The position numbers and the translations under genes are program-made. A stretch of 61,239 nt of DNA, the filler included. It is 7 parts of 7 records of this genome, joined end to end, with 100 filler letters (N's around TTAATTAATTAA, not from the genome) between each part and the next. Parts side by side here need not be neighbours in the genome. Positions count along the whole stretch, not along the records: positions 7,379 to 21,133 come from SRR31147125_76203; 6 more parts are not named here. One strand, written 5' to 3'. Below are positions 10,566 to 19,375 of the stretch, piece after piece. A model generated the notes under the pieces. It was not told the DNA's origin. It ran no database searches and saw only the letters and a program-made list of their open reading frames with translations. Each line of letters starts with the position of its first letter. The stretch's first letter is position 1.

Positions 10566-12521
10566 CTATTTATCGAATTTACCTTCCTGAATACCCCATT
10601 TTTTTGCGGTTTCATCATTTTCCGTTTTGCGTGTCATCTTTTTAAACCACGCAGGGAATCGTTCTTCCACTTCCTCTTCAGTCATTTTGCCGGTAAATCC
10701 TGTGAGATTGATGGGATAATCTTCAGGGTGAAAAATTGCAAAAAACATGTGATATATCAAAATGGCTAAAGTTGCTAACCAGGCTTCATAATAATGAATG
10801 GTTTCAGATACTTTAACAATCCAGGAAGGTAGCAAAAAAGTGGCGGTCGTAGGAAACCACAATACAAAACCGGTTATAGCCATGATAACAGTACCCCAAA
10901 CAAGGGCCCAGTACTCTGCTTTTTCAATATATCCATAACGGTCAAATTCTGGTTTTTTGTTTGTGATTCCAAGATGATATTTCATATTATCAAAAAATAA
11001 CCACACATCATTTATATTTGGTAATAAATTTTTTAGTTCGCCTCTCCACTTGCGTACAAATAAGAGATAGTAAATATGAAAAATACCAGCTAGCAGCATG
11101 AGCACGGCAGCGCCCCGGTGTACCAGTCCGCGTACCGTTTCAGTCAGCCCTAAACTTGTCAGTAATCGAACCCATCCTGCTTCCGGAAATTTTAACGCAA
11201 AACCCGTTATCACTAATAGAGTAAACGTGACAAACATGGTGACATGCTGAGCAACCCAGGCTTTATCAAAACGCTGTACAGTTTTTTGGACTTTAAGCGC
11301 ACGATATTTTGCGCGAACATAGGCAAACCAAATAATCGCATTGTGCAAAAACATGCCGCCAATCACAAAGACAATCAGATAAATATAAATGGATTTAATG
11401 ATGGCGGACAGATTATCCGCTTGTGATTCCGGATTAGCATGAACATAACTTCTTGTAAAGGCTTCTGTTACATTAATGTGACAATTACCGCATGTTTTCG
11501 TTAAATTAGCCGGATGTATGGTCGAGTGCGGATCATGCTGAGACAGAATGTTATGTATACCATGACAACTTGTACATTTTGCAGCAATTTTGGATCCCCT
11601 TATTGATGCCAACCCATGATAGCTACCTTCCCAGGACGCAACAGGATCCGGTAAAAGACCATATTTTTCATTTAGCTTTAGTAAGCCATGGCAAGGCGAA
11701 CACGTGTCTTCTGCGATATGTCCCGGATTTGTTGGCGATGAAGCTTCTGAAGGAGATTGAATTCCATGTTCACCATGGCAACTTGTACACGTTGGTGCAT
11801 CAAATTCACCTGCAGCCAGTGCGACACCGTGTATACTGGCATCATACTCGACAGTTTCCTCTTCATGACATTGGCCGCATGTATTCGAAATATTAAATCG
11901 AAATATGGGAGATTTTGGATTTGATTTCGGCAAAATCTCGTGACTGCCATGGCAACTTGCGCAAGTGGCTGCCATTTCATTACCATCAGCAAGAGCATGA
12001 CCATGCACGCCACTTTCAAATTTTTTAATGGGTTCTGTAATTGAAATATGGTTTATATATGATTCTTGTTCACCATCGTGACATTGTCCGCACGTTGTGG
12101 AGATATTAAGAGGATGTGACCTTGAATTTTCATCTTCTGAGCTTAATATATCATGTTTCCCATGGCAGGAAACGCAGGTGGGTGCTCTTAATAAACCTGC
12201 CTGCAAAAGTTGGCCATGAATACCATTTGCATTCATTTCCGCAACATCATCGTGACATGTACTACAATCCACTATGGCTAGTTTCTCCGGATGTGGATCA
12301 CCTTCCGCATCAGAATGACAATCGACACATTCCAGACCGCCATGAATGGATTCCTGATATGTGCTGTTATCAACAAAAAGAGATTTTTCCTCGCCAGATT
12401 CGAGCGTTTTCGTAAAATCAGATTCACCATGGCATTCCAGGCAATTATCCTGGGCATAAACTGCCAGTGAAATGGCAATAATGCATAAAATTAGATAGAA
12501 CACAAACTTGTATTTGTGCAT
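10566..12521 (-). CDS. 11-heme cytochrome c fused to cytochrome b (second CbcL-like paralog)
   Basis: Likely start MHKYKFVF at 12521 with signal peptide. 11 CxxCH. Cytochrome b domain (AQHV, LVHR, EKAEYWALVWG, IHYYEAWLA, IYHMF). Confidence 0.85.
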   Translation of the reverse strand: MHKYKFVFYLILCIIAISLAVYAQDNCLECHGESDFTKTLESGEEKSLFVDNSTYQESIHGGLECVDCHSDAEGDPHPEKLAIVDCSTCHDDVAEMNANGIHGQLLQAGLLRAPTCVSCHGKHDILSSEDENSRSHPLNISTTCGQCHDGEQESYINHISITEPIKKFESGVHGHALADGNEMAATCASCHGSHEILPKSNPKSPIFRFNISNTCGQCHEEETVEYDASIHGVALAAGEFDAPTCTSCHGEHGIQSPSEASSPTNPGHIAEDTCSPCHGLLKLNEKYGLLPDPVASWEGSYHGLASIRGSKIAAKCTSCHGIHNILSQHDPHSTIHPANLTKTCGNCHINVTEAFTRSYVHANPESQADNLSAIIKSIYIYLIVFVIGGMFLHNAIIWFAYVRAKYRALKVQKTVQRFDKAWVAQHVTMFVTFTLLVITGFALKFPEAGWVRLLTSLGLTETVRGLVHRGAAVLMLLAGIFHIYYLLFVRKWRGELKNLLPNINDVWLFFDNMKYHLGITNKKPEFDRYGYIEKAEYWALVWGTVIMAITGFVLWFPTTATFLLPSWIVKVSETIHYYEAWLATLAILIYHMFFAIFHPEDYPINLTGFTGKMTEEEVEERFPAWFKKMTRKTENDETAKKWGIQEGKFDK

Positions 12522-12679
12522 TCGAATGATTCCTATTATATTCGTCCAGCTACCAGTAATTTTTAAAATGGAAATTTTACGGAATATAATTTTTTTTGTT
12601 TGCAGATGCAAGACAATTCATATTATTAATGGAGGAAATGTCAGCAAGATAAGACAATGATGGATGTCTGTAATAAATA

Positions 12680-12722
12680 TAAAAACGCCCTATGATACAA
12701 TATTAATAGTAGCATAAGGCGT
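12680..12722 (-). terminator. terminator-like hairpin between c554 and the cytochrome bc genes
   Basis: Minus strand ACGCCTTATGCTAC-loop-GTATCATAGGGCGT followed by TTTT. Confidence 0.6.
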
Positions 12723-12771
12723 CAATTCTGAAAAATACAATAATTCTTTTTATTGAAAAAAAATGTTTTTT

Positions 12772-13329
12772 TTATTCCGTTGGTACCGGATGAGCAATTT
12801 TTGACCAGGCTTCTGCAAATTTGAAAGGTTTATAAGTCGGGCTTTCCTCATTATGACACGTTTTGCAGGTTGCTTCATCACCCTTTAAATATGAAACAGC
12901 TTTAGCATCTTGTGTGCCCGCGGCCAGCGCTTTCATTACCTTATTGGATTTATAAAGTGAACCAGGGCCATGACAAGCTTCACAACTGACACCTTCTTCC
13001 TGTGTTAAGGTGGCTGCCTTGGCAGTAGCCGGAGCTTCATAACCAGTAACATGACATTTTAAACACTTTGGTGATTGTTGGGGATCACCTTCTACACCTG
13101 CCTTTTTCGCTACAGCTTTTGCCTCTTCAGTGGCTAAAACTTCAAATGCCTTGGCATGAGGACCAGCAGCCCATTTTTTAAACTGCGCACCTCTTTTCTT
13201 ACTCATATGACACATTTTACATTTCTTAACGCCGATGTATTGAGCCGTTTTTGTTTGTGCCAATAAACTCATAGACAACACAAATATTCCCAACAAAACC
13301 AGAGTAAAAAGTTTCGTTAATTTATGCAT
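12772..13329 (-). CDS. periplasmic tetraheme cytochrome c554-family protein
   Basis: Signal peptide. YIGVKKCKMCH, CLKCH, GVSCEACHGPGS and CKTCH. GGAGG RBS. Confidence 0.88.
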   Translation of the reverse strand: MHKLTKLFTLVLLGIFVLSMSLLAQTKTAQYIGVKKCKMCHMSKKRGAQFKKWAAGPHAKAFEVLATEEAKAVAKKAGVEGDPQQSPKCLKCHVTGYEAPATAKAATLTQEEGVSCEACHGPGSLYKSNKVMKALAAGTQDAKAVSYLKGDEATCKTCHNEESPTYKPFKFAEAWSKIAHPVPTE

Positions 13330-13623
13330 ATGGCCTCCAGTTCTTATTTTGTACTTTTAGTATTAATCGGAATTGAGTAAAATAAAATTAATATTAATCA
13401 AAAAAGCAATAAAATAATATGTAATTCAATAAACATTTCTTAAATTGCCAATCAAGAGTGCTATCTAAAAACGTCCACCATGCTTAAAATACCTAAATTA
13501 GATTCTATGGAAACATAATTTTCTACACTCGTTTTTTTCTACTTGCTTTACTATTGGAATAATGTATTAATCTCATTATTTTGTTTTTAAAATAATCCTA
13601 ATACAAGAAGGAGGTCTTTGGTA

Positions 13624-14949
13624 ATGCCTGTGAATATGGCGCACACAAAAGATATTCTTGATTCCATCAGTGAAGGTGTTATTACCTTAGATAAAAATTT
13701 CAAAATCACATTTTTTAATCGTGCTGCTGAAAAAATAACGGGATACAGAAGCGAAGAGGTTCTTGGAAAATTTTGCAAACAGGTTTGTAATTCCGGCCTG
13801 TGCATGAATAGATGCCCCATTGCCCATGTCCTTAAAAGTGGAAATGTCATTCACGACCTTGCCTCAACGCTATTACATAAAAATGGGCATACTCTTCAGG
13901 TAAAGCTAAATTCCACTGTTTTATATAATGGAGAGGATGAACCAATAGGTGGTGTTATATCCTTCCTGGAAAAATCCGAATTTGATTTTTTAAAAGAAAA
14001 ATATGTCAAAGAGAATCAATATTACAATATTATTTCCCGTAATAAACTCATGCGGGAGATGTTCCAGTTAATCGAAGAGATCACAGATTCTGATGCCTCT
14101 GTTCTTATTCAGGGTGAATCGGGTACGGGAAAAGAATTAATCGCCAATGCGATACAGGAAAGCAGCAATCGATCAAAAAAACCTTTCATAAAGGTGAATT
14201 GTTCCATTTTCCCGCCGCATTTATTGGCAAGCGAACTGTTCGGACACGTAAAAGGAGCTTATACCGGTGCGATTAAAGATCGGATGGGAAGATTTGAAAT
14301 CGCTCATACGGGAACGATTTTTCTGGATGAAGTTGTAGAAATGCCATTGGAAATGCAATTACAGTTATTGCGTGTACTACAGGAAGGCACATTTGAAAGA
14401 GTTGGCGAATCTCTCACCAGAAATGTGGACGTACGGATCATCGCAGCCACAAATAAAAATATCAAAGAAGCGCTGGATTCCGGTGTATTTCGGGATGATC
14501 TTTATTACCGCCTAAATGTGATCCCAATCGAAGTGCCGCCTTTACGTGACCGCGCAGACGATATCCCCTATCTTGTGAAACACTTTATCAGCAAATTTAG
14601 TTTACTCTACAATAAAAACGTCCCGGAAATTGAGGATACAGCCATGGACATTCTCTTTCATTATAATTGGCCCGGAAATATTCGGGAACTGGAAAATGTC
14701 ATTGAATATGCGATCGCCCGCACAAAATCAAATGAAATTATCCAAGCATCGAAACTCCCCAGCAAATTAAGTCAATACGGATTGACTCAGAAAACAAAAA
14801 CATTTACACTCGAGGGGCAGGAAGGTATTGAACTTTTACAGCTATTGCAAAAACATCATTGGAACAAAAGTAAAGTAGCACAGGAACTCGGCATTGGCAG
14901 GACAACTCTCTGGCGCAAAATGAAATCTCATGGAATAGATACGATGTGA
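13624..14949 (+). CDS. sigma54-dependent activator, PAS-AAA+-Fis HTH, with C-X8-C-X3-C in the PAS domain (OrpR-like)
   Basis: GESGTGKE, SELFGHVKGAYTGA, FLDE, WPGNIRELEN and C-terminal HTH. PAS contains CKQVCNSGLCMNRC. Start codon uncertain (13618/13624/13636). Confidence 0.9.
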   Translation: MPVNMAHTKDILDSISEGVITLDKNFKITFFNRAAEKITGYRSEEVLGKFCKQVCNSGLCMNRCPIAHVLKSGNVIHDLASTLLHKNGHTLQVKLNSTVLYNGEDEPIGGVISFLEKSEFDFLKEKYVKENQYYNIISRNKLMREMFQLIEEITDSDASVLIQGESGTGKELIANAIQESSNRSKKPFIKVNCSIFPPHLLASELFGHVKGAYTGAIKDRMGRFEIAHTGTIFLDEVVEMPLEMQLQLLRVLQEGTFERVGESLTRNVDVRIIAATNKNIKEALDSGVFRDDLYYRLNVIPIEVPPLRDRADDIPYLVKHFISKFSLLYNKNVPEIEDTAMDILFHYNWPGNIRELENVIEYAIARTKSNEIIQASKLPSKLSQYGLTQKTKTFTLEGQEGIELLQLLQKHHWNKSKVAQELGIGRTTLWRKMKSHGIDTM

Positions 14950-14951
14950 TT

Positions 14952-15054
14952 GAAACATAGCTTTGCTGGAGAAACATATTGTTTCATTGTCATTATATAT
15001 CTATTTTTATTCCACTTAAAACCTATTCTTCTTTTTCTTGAAACATTTCGTTCC
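14952..15054. promoter_or_regulatory. candidate upstream activator sequences GAAACA-N3-TGTTTC
   Basis: Perfect palindrome at 14971-14985, degenerate copies at 14952 and 15040-15054, and another half-site copy at 13510. Confidence 0.6.
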
Positions 15055-15097
15055 ATTTTATCAATTTTCACACAATTGTTTTTACTGAACTTACATT

Positions 15098-15114
15098 TTG
15101 GCAAAGTATTTGTA
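15098..15114 (+). promoter_or_regulatory. candidate sigma54 (-24/-12) promoter for the right-arm operon
   Basis: TTGGCAAAGTATTTGTA: GG-N10-GT, a variant -12 element, just upstream of the TPR gene and downstream of the UAS palindromes. Confidence 0.55.
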
Positions 15115-15141
15115 GATGTATAACATCTTTGAGGGATTATT

Positions 15142-15585
15142 ATGTCTGAAATGTTAGGAAATCAATACTTTTTAGCACGAAATTACGTCAGAGCAGCTGA
15201 AGAATTAAGTCTCGCACTTTCTAAAACGCCTAAAAGCAAATCTATAAAACGCAAATTAATCGTCTGTTATACACAAACAGGTCAAATCCAAAATGCGCTT
15301 AAACTTTTTTTAGGATTGGTTAAAGAAGACGCAGACTATATCATTAATACAGATCCAATCGATGATGACTGTCCATGTGCGGAATTAGTATACGATGGCG
15401 AAAAACAGCTTTGTGTAAATAAAAATTCGTGCGAGTACCACTTGAGGCTTGGTATGCTCTGGCTTTACTGTGATATCCAAAAATCCATCAACTACTTTGA
15501 GACGGCACAAGGATTAAATCAACAAAATCCGCTTATCAAATCCATTTTATCGATTTTATACACGAAAATGGAACCAAAAAACTAA
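15142..15585 (+). CDS. TPR-like protein with DDDCPC motif
   Basis: Helical TPR-like segments (LGNQYFLARNY...A, LGMLWLY...A). No signal peptide. GAGGG RBS. Confidence 0.7.
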   Translation: MSEMLGNQYFLARNYVRAAEELSLALSKTPKSKSIKRKLIVCYTQTGQIQNALKLFLGLVKEDADYIINTDPIDDDCPCAELVYDGEKQLCVNKNSCEYHLRLGMLWLYCDIQKSINYFETAQGLNQQNPLIKSILSILYTKMEPKN

Positions 15586-15681
15586 ACCCGGTCGAATGGC
15601 TCACAGATTTGCAAACAGAAGCCATCTCAAATATTTATTTATCAGATTCAACACAGAATTAGATCAAACGGAGAACATGCA

Positions 15682-16974
15682 GTGAAAAAACAAACACTCT
15701 TATTACTTGTATTGCTTCTGGCCTTGACAGCATTGTTTTACACGCAATGCACAGAAAAGTACCCGGATGCGACCCAAACCGTAAAGGTAGCAGGAAAAGA
15801 TGGATGTACAACCTGCCATTTAGATGCTGAAAAGCTGAAAATGGTTGCAGCACCCCTGCCCCCTTCGGAAGGTGATGCAGGTGAAGGCTGAGGCGGCTCA
15901 GTGTCTCAGTTAGAGGCATGGCAGATGGTTCTCGTTAAAGAATCCTTTCTCTCTTCCACTCATGGTGAACTTGGTTGTACGGCCTGTCACCATGGAAATC
16001 CGCAATCTCAGGAAAAAGAAGCGGCACATGAAGGACTGGTAGCAGCTCCAAGTGACAGCTCTGAACAATTTTGTGGCAGTTGTCATGGGAATGTATCGTC
16101 CGAACACTATAACAGTCTTCACTCAAATCTGGCCGGTTATTACAAAAGAATCGAAAAAAGACTTGGGTATGACGTATCCACTGATCCGAATATAACAGCC
16201 AATTTCAATAAAGAATGCGGAAAATGTCATGCAAGCTGTGGTCAATGTCACGTTTCCAGACCTGTTTCAGTTGCCGGAGGCTTTGTAGACGGACATAATT
16301 TTAATCGTGAACCCAGCATGCGCGATAATTGCACGGCATGTCACGGTAGTCGGGTTGGTGCTGAATTTTTCGGCGAAAACGAAGGTATTAAAGCAGATGT
16401 ACACTGGATACCAAATGTTATGCGCTGTTCCTTCTGTCATAGCAGTGAAGCAATGCATGGCAGCAGCGAATCTGCCACGCACAGATATGAAGATACCGAT
16501 ATGGTCCGCTGTGAAGATTGCCATAGCGATGTTCAAGCCTCCAATGAATTCCATGAAAAACATTGGGGTAGCTTGTCGTGCCAGGTATGTCACTCACAGC
16601 CTTACAAAAATTGTAATAGTTGTCATACAGGCGGTGCCGGAATCACTGGTAGCTCCTATATGGGATTTAAAATCGCAAAAAATCCCATTAAATCAGCTCA
16701 TAGAAATTATGACATCGTTACAGTGAGACATATACCCATCGCGCGTGATACTTATGCAAGCTGGGGTATCCCTGATTTGCCCAATTTCGATTCGGAACCG
16801 ACATGGAAATATGCAACGCCACATAATATTCAAAGGTGGACAGCTCAAACAGACACCACGAATAGCGCATGGTGTGGTGCAAAATGTCACAACTCGGATT
16901 ATTACCTGACTCTTGATGATGTGGCACCTGATGAAGTCGAAGCAAACAAAAATATCGTTTTAACAAGAAACTAA
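15682..16974 (+). CDS. predicted selenocysteine-containing multiheme cytochrome c lipoprotein (430 aa, Sec at codon 70)
   Basis: ORFs 15682-15891 and 15901-16974 are in the same frame and are separated only by TGA (15889-15891) GGC GGC TCA. Lipoprotein-type signal only on the first part. 10 CxxCH plus 1 CxxxCH. SECIS-like hairpin follows. Confidence 0.75.
15892..15922 (+). promoter_or_regulatory. bacterial SECIS-like stem-loop
   Basis: Stem GTGTCTC (15901-15907) / GAGGCAT (15913-15919) with loop AGTTA (G in second position), 16 nt after the UGA. Confidence 0.7.
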
Positions 16975-17089
16975 TAAAATACAACATTATTAAAATATAT
17001 GGAGGTGTAGATCTTATAAAAAAACAGATTCATCACTTATTAATATTAATATCATATTTTTAGTTCAAAACAAACAGGAGAAACATATA

Positions 17090-18094
17090 ATGCTTAAAAG
17101 ATTACTTTTATTATTACTTGGTCTTTCAATATTTATGATGGCGGCTTGTAGTGATGATGATAATCCAGCTGAACCAGAGTCAATAAATGAATTTGATTTG
17201 GTTGCTGAAGTTGGTGAATTATACACAACGAATTACACAACCGTATCCGGTGCTGGAGTCAACATTAAAATTGGCGATATTTTCCCAATCCTCAATGATG
17301 GAAACACAGCAAACGATCCCTATATCATCGACCTTCGTTCGGCAACAGATTTCGCCACTGGCCATATCAAGAATGCAAACAATATTTCTATTTCAGCATT
17401 GATCGACAAAGTTGAAGACGGAACCATCCCTAAAGACAAAACCATCCTTAATGTTTGCTATACAGGTCAAACAGCCAGCTATGCAACATCTGTCCTCAAC
17501 ATGCTTGGCTACGAAGCACAAAATTTGCTTTTTGGTATGTGCGGTGTGACAACATCAAGTGATATTAACGGTACGGATAAGTGGATAGGTCAGATTGCTG
17601 CAGATGAATTTGCCACACAACTCACAGCAACTGAAACCAATCCAACTGCAGAAGTTGACTATCCTACTCTCTCCACTGGGAAAGATAATGCAGAAGAGAT
17701 TATTAAGGAAAGATTCAAAGCAGTAATGGCTTCCTCTGGTTGGGGACGAATTAGTGCCGCGGACGTGTTTGCAAATCCGGGTGGCTACTTTATTATCAAC
17801 TATTGGCCAAAAGCGGAATACCTTAATCCAGGACATATTCCAGGAGCATTCTGCTTTGAACCAAAAACATCTCTTAAAAGAGATGCCATGTTGAAATACC
17901 TGCCAACGGACAAAACGATTGTAATCTATTGTTACACAGGTCAAACTTCAGCTCAAATGACAGCCTATTTACAGCTGCTCGGATACGATGCAAAAAGTTT
18001 ACTTTATGGTGTGAACGGTTTTGGGTATAATGCACTTGCTGGCCACAAGTATGTGGCACCTGCTACCGATTATTCTGCAATTATTACTAATTAA
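17090..18094 (+). CDS. tandem-domain rhodanese (sulfurtransferase) lipoprotein
   Basis: Lipobox MAAC. Two rhodanese domains (GHIKNA...CYTGQTA and GHIPGA...CYTGQTS), both keeping the active-site Cys. Confidence 0.9.
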   Translation: MLKRLLLLLLGLSIFMMAACSDDDNPAEPESINEFDLVAEVGELYTTNYTTVSGAGVNIKIGDIFPILNDGNTANDPYIIDLRSATDFATGHIKNANNISISALIDKVEDGTIPKDKTILNVCYTGQTASYATSVLNMLGYEAQNLLFGMCGVTTSSDINGTDKWIGQIAADEFATQLTATETNPTAEVDYPTLSTGKDNAEEIIKERFKAVMASSGWGRISAADVFANPGGYFIINYWPKAEYLNPGHIPGAFCFEPKTSLKRDAMLKYLPTDKTIVIYCYTGQTSAQMTAYLQLLGYDAKSLLYGVNGFGYNALAGHKYVAPATDYSAIITN

Positions 18095-18103
18095 ATAAGT
18101 ATC

Positions 18104-18136
18104 AAAGGAGGCAATCATTTTCGATTGCCTCCTTTT
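18104..18136 (+). terminator. intra-operon terminator or stabilising hairpin after the rhodanese gene
   Basis: AAAGGAGGCAATC-ATTTTC-GATTGCCTCCTTT followed by T. Confidence 0.85.
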
Positions 18137-18168
18137 CATCGTTTACGATTTTAATCGTAGGATTGAAA

Positions 18169-19359
18169 ATGAAATCTAGATTATTATCCGTTTTTATCTT
18201 TTGCTTATTTTTATTTTCAGCACTCTCTGCTCAGGGTTTAAATTTTCATGGCAGTGTCAAAAATTCAATTTACAGTTATGAAAGTGAAAAAAGCCATACC
18301 AACATCTATCAATATGCCAGATTCAGTGTGGCAACTGCCAATAATAAAATAGCACTTAACACACTTGTTCGTGCGCTTACAGATGCGAATAATTCGCTCG
18401 ATAGCGATGAGCGCTTTAAAGCTTATTCTTTAAATATTCGTTTTAATAAATTTTTGTGGAATCGATTAAATCTGACTGTAGGTCGCCAATTCCTGCATCC
18501 GGGTACAGTTCTGGGAGCCCTTGATGGGGTCAATGGCCAGCTTGCCCTGCATAAAAATATCTCCCTGCAATTCTACGGTGGAACCGAAAGCCACTTTCAG
18601 CGTAGCTTTAAAATCTATGACGCTGAAGATAGTTTTGTTACAGGTGGCTTGTTAAAACTAAAAAAGTTTTATTCCACGGCCTTTCAATTTCTTTATTTGC
18701 AAAAAAGCAATAAAGACGATACCTTTTGGCAACTGACAGGACTGAATGTAGACAGCAAGATTTTACCTTCCACTCACATCCGCGTGCAATCTCATTATGA
18801 TTTACAAAATGAAACGATGCACCGCTTACTGGTTTCTGCCAGGCATACCTGGTCAGATCGATTACAAACAACTTTTGGTTACAAAAGCCAGAATCCTCAG
18901 ATCTATGCAAATTCTTATTTTACCATTTTTGAACTTGATCCTTATCGCCAGTATCGCGCCAGTGCAGCCTATGAAATAATGCCTGGTCTCTATGTGGATG
19001 GTCAATATCAATTTATTCAATTTGACGGTGACAACGCAAACAGAGCCTTCTTAACATTACAAAACAACAATGGAAGTATTGGCTTTGTTTATGAACAAGG
19101 ATATGCCGGGGATCAGATCGGTTTGATATTCGATTATGCTTACGAGTTATTCCCCAAAGTCATTACTTCACTATATATTGATTATTCCAAGTACCGCACT
19201 GAAGAAATCTATGAATATGAAAATCAGCTCGCCAATGCCCTTCGGGTATCGTACCGCCTTAATCGGCATTTCTCAGTTGATGTAGAATATCAGTGGTTAA
19301 CCAATAAATTTAAAGACAATGACTCCAGATTTTTAAATCATATTTCGTACAGATGGTAA
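18169..19359 (+). CDS. outer-membrane beta-barrel protein (porin of a porin-cytochrome conduit)
   Basis: Signal peptide, alternating aromatic/polar strands, LTVGRQF...LDG and terminal ISYRW. Lies between multiheme genes. Confidence 0.75.
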   Translation: MKSRLLSVFIFCLFLFSALSAQGLNFHGSVKNSIYSYESEKSHTNIYQYARFSVATANNKIALNTLVRALTDANNSLDSDERFKAYSLNIRFNKFLWNRLNLTVGRQFLHPGTVLGALDGVNGQLALHKNISLQFYGGTESHFQRSFKIYDAEDSFVTGGLLKLKKFYSTAFQFLYLQKSNKDDTFWQLTGLNVDSKILPSTHIRVQSHYDLQNETMHRLLVSARHTWSDRLQTTFGYKSQNPQIYANSYFTIFELDPYRQYRASAAYEIMPGLYVDGQYQFIQFDGDNANRAFLTLQNNNGSIGFVYEQGYAGDQIGLIFDYAYELFPKVITSLYIDYSKYRTEEIYEYENQLANALRVSYRLNRHFSVDVEYQWLTNKFKDNDSRFLNHISYRW

Positions 19360-19375
19360 AAGAAGGATTTTAATA

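Noticed and set aside
14947-14949. Other TGA stops (activator, hflK, FecCD permease, rpe) as selenocysteine codons
   Set aside because: The proteins are complete at those stops, and I noticed no in-frame conserved continuation after them.
15597-15613. Second sigma54 promoter TGGCTCACAGATTTGCA before the Sec cytochrome
   Set aside because: The spacing is GG-N11-GC, one base off the strict requirement.
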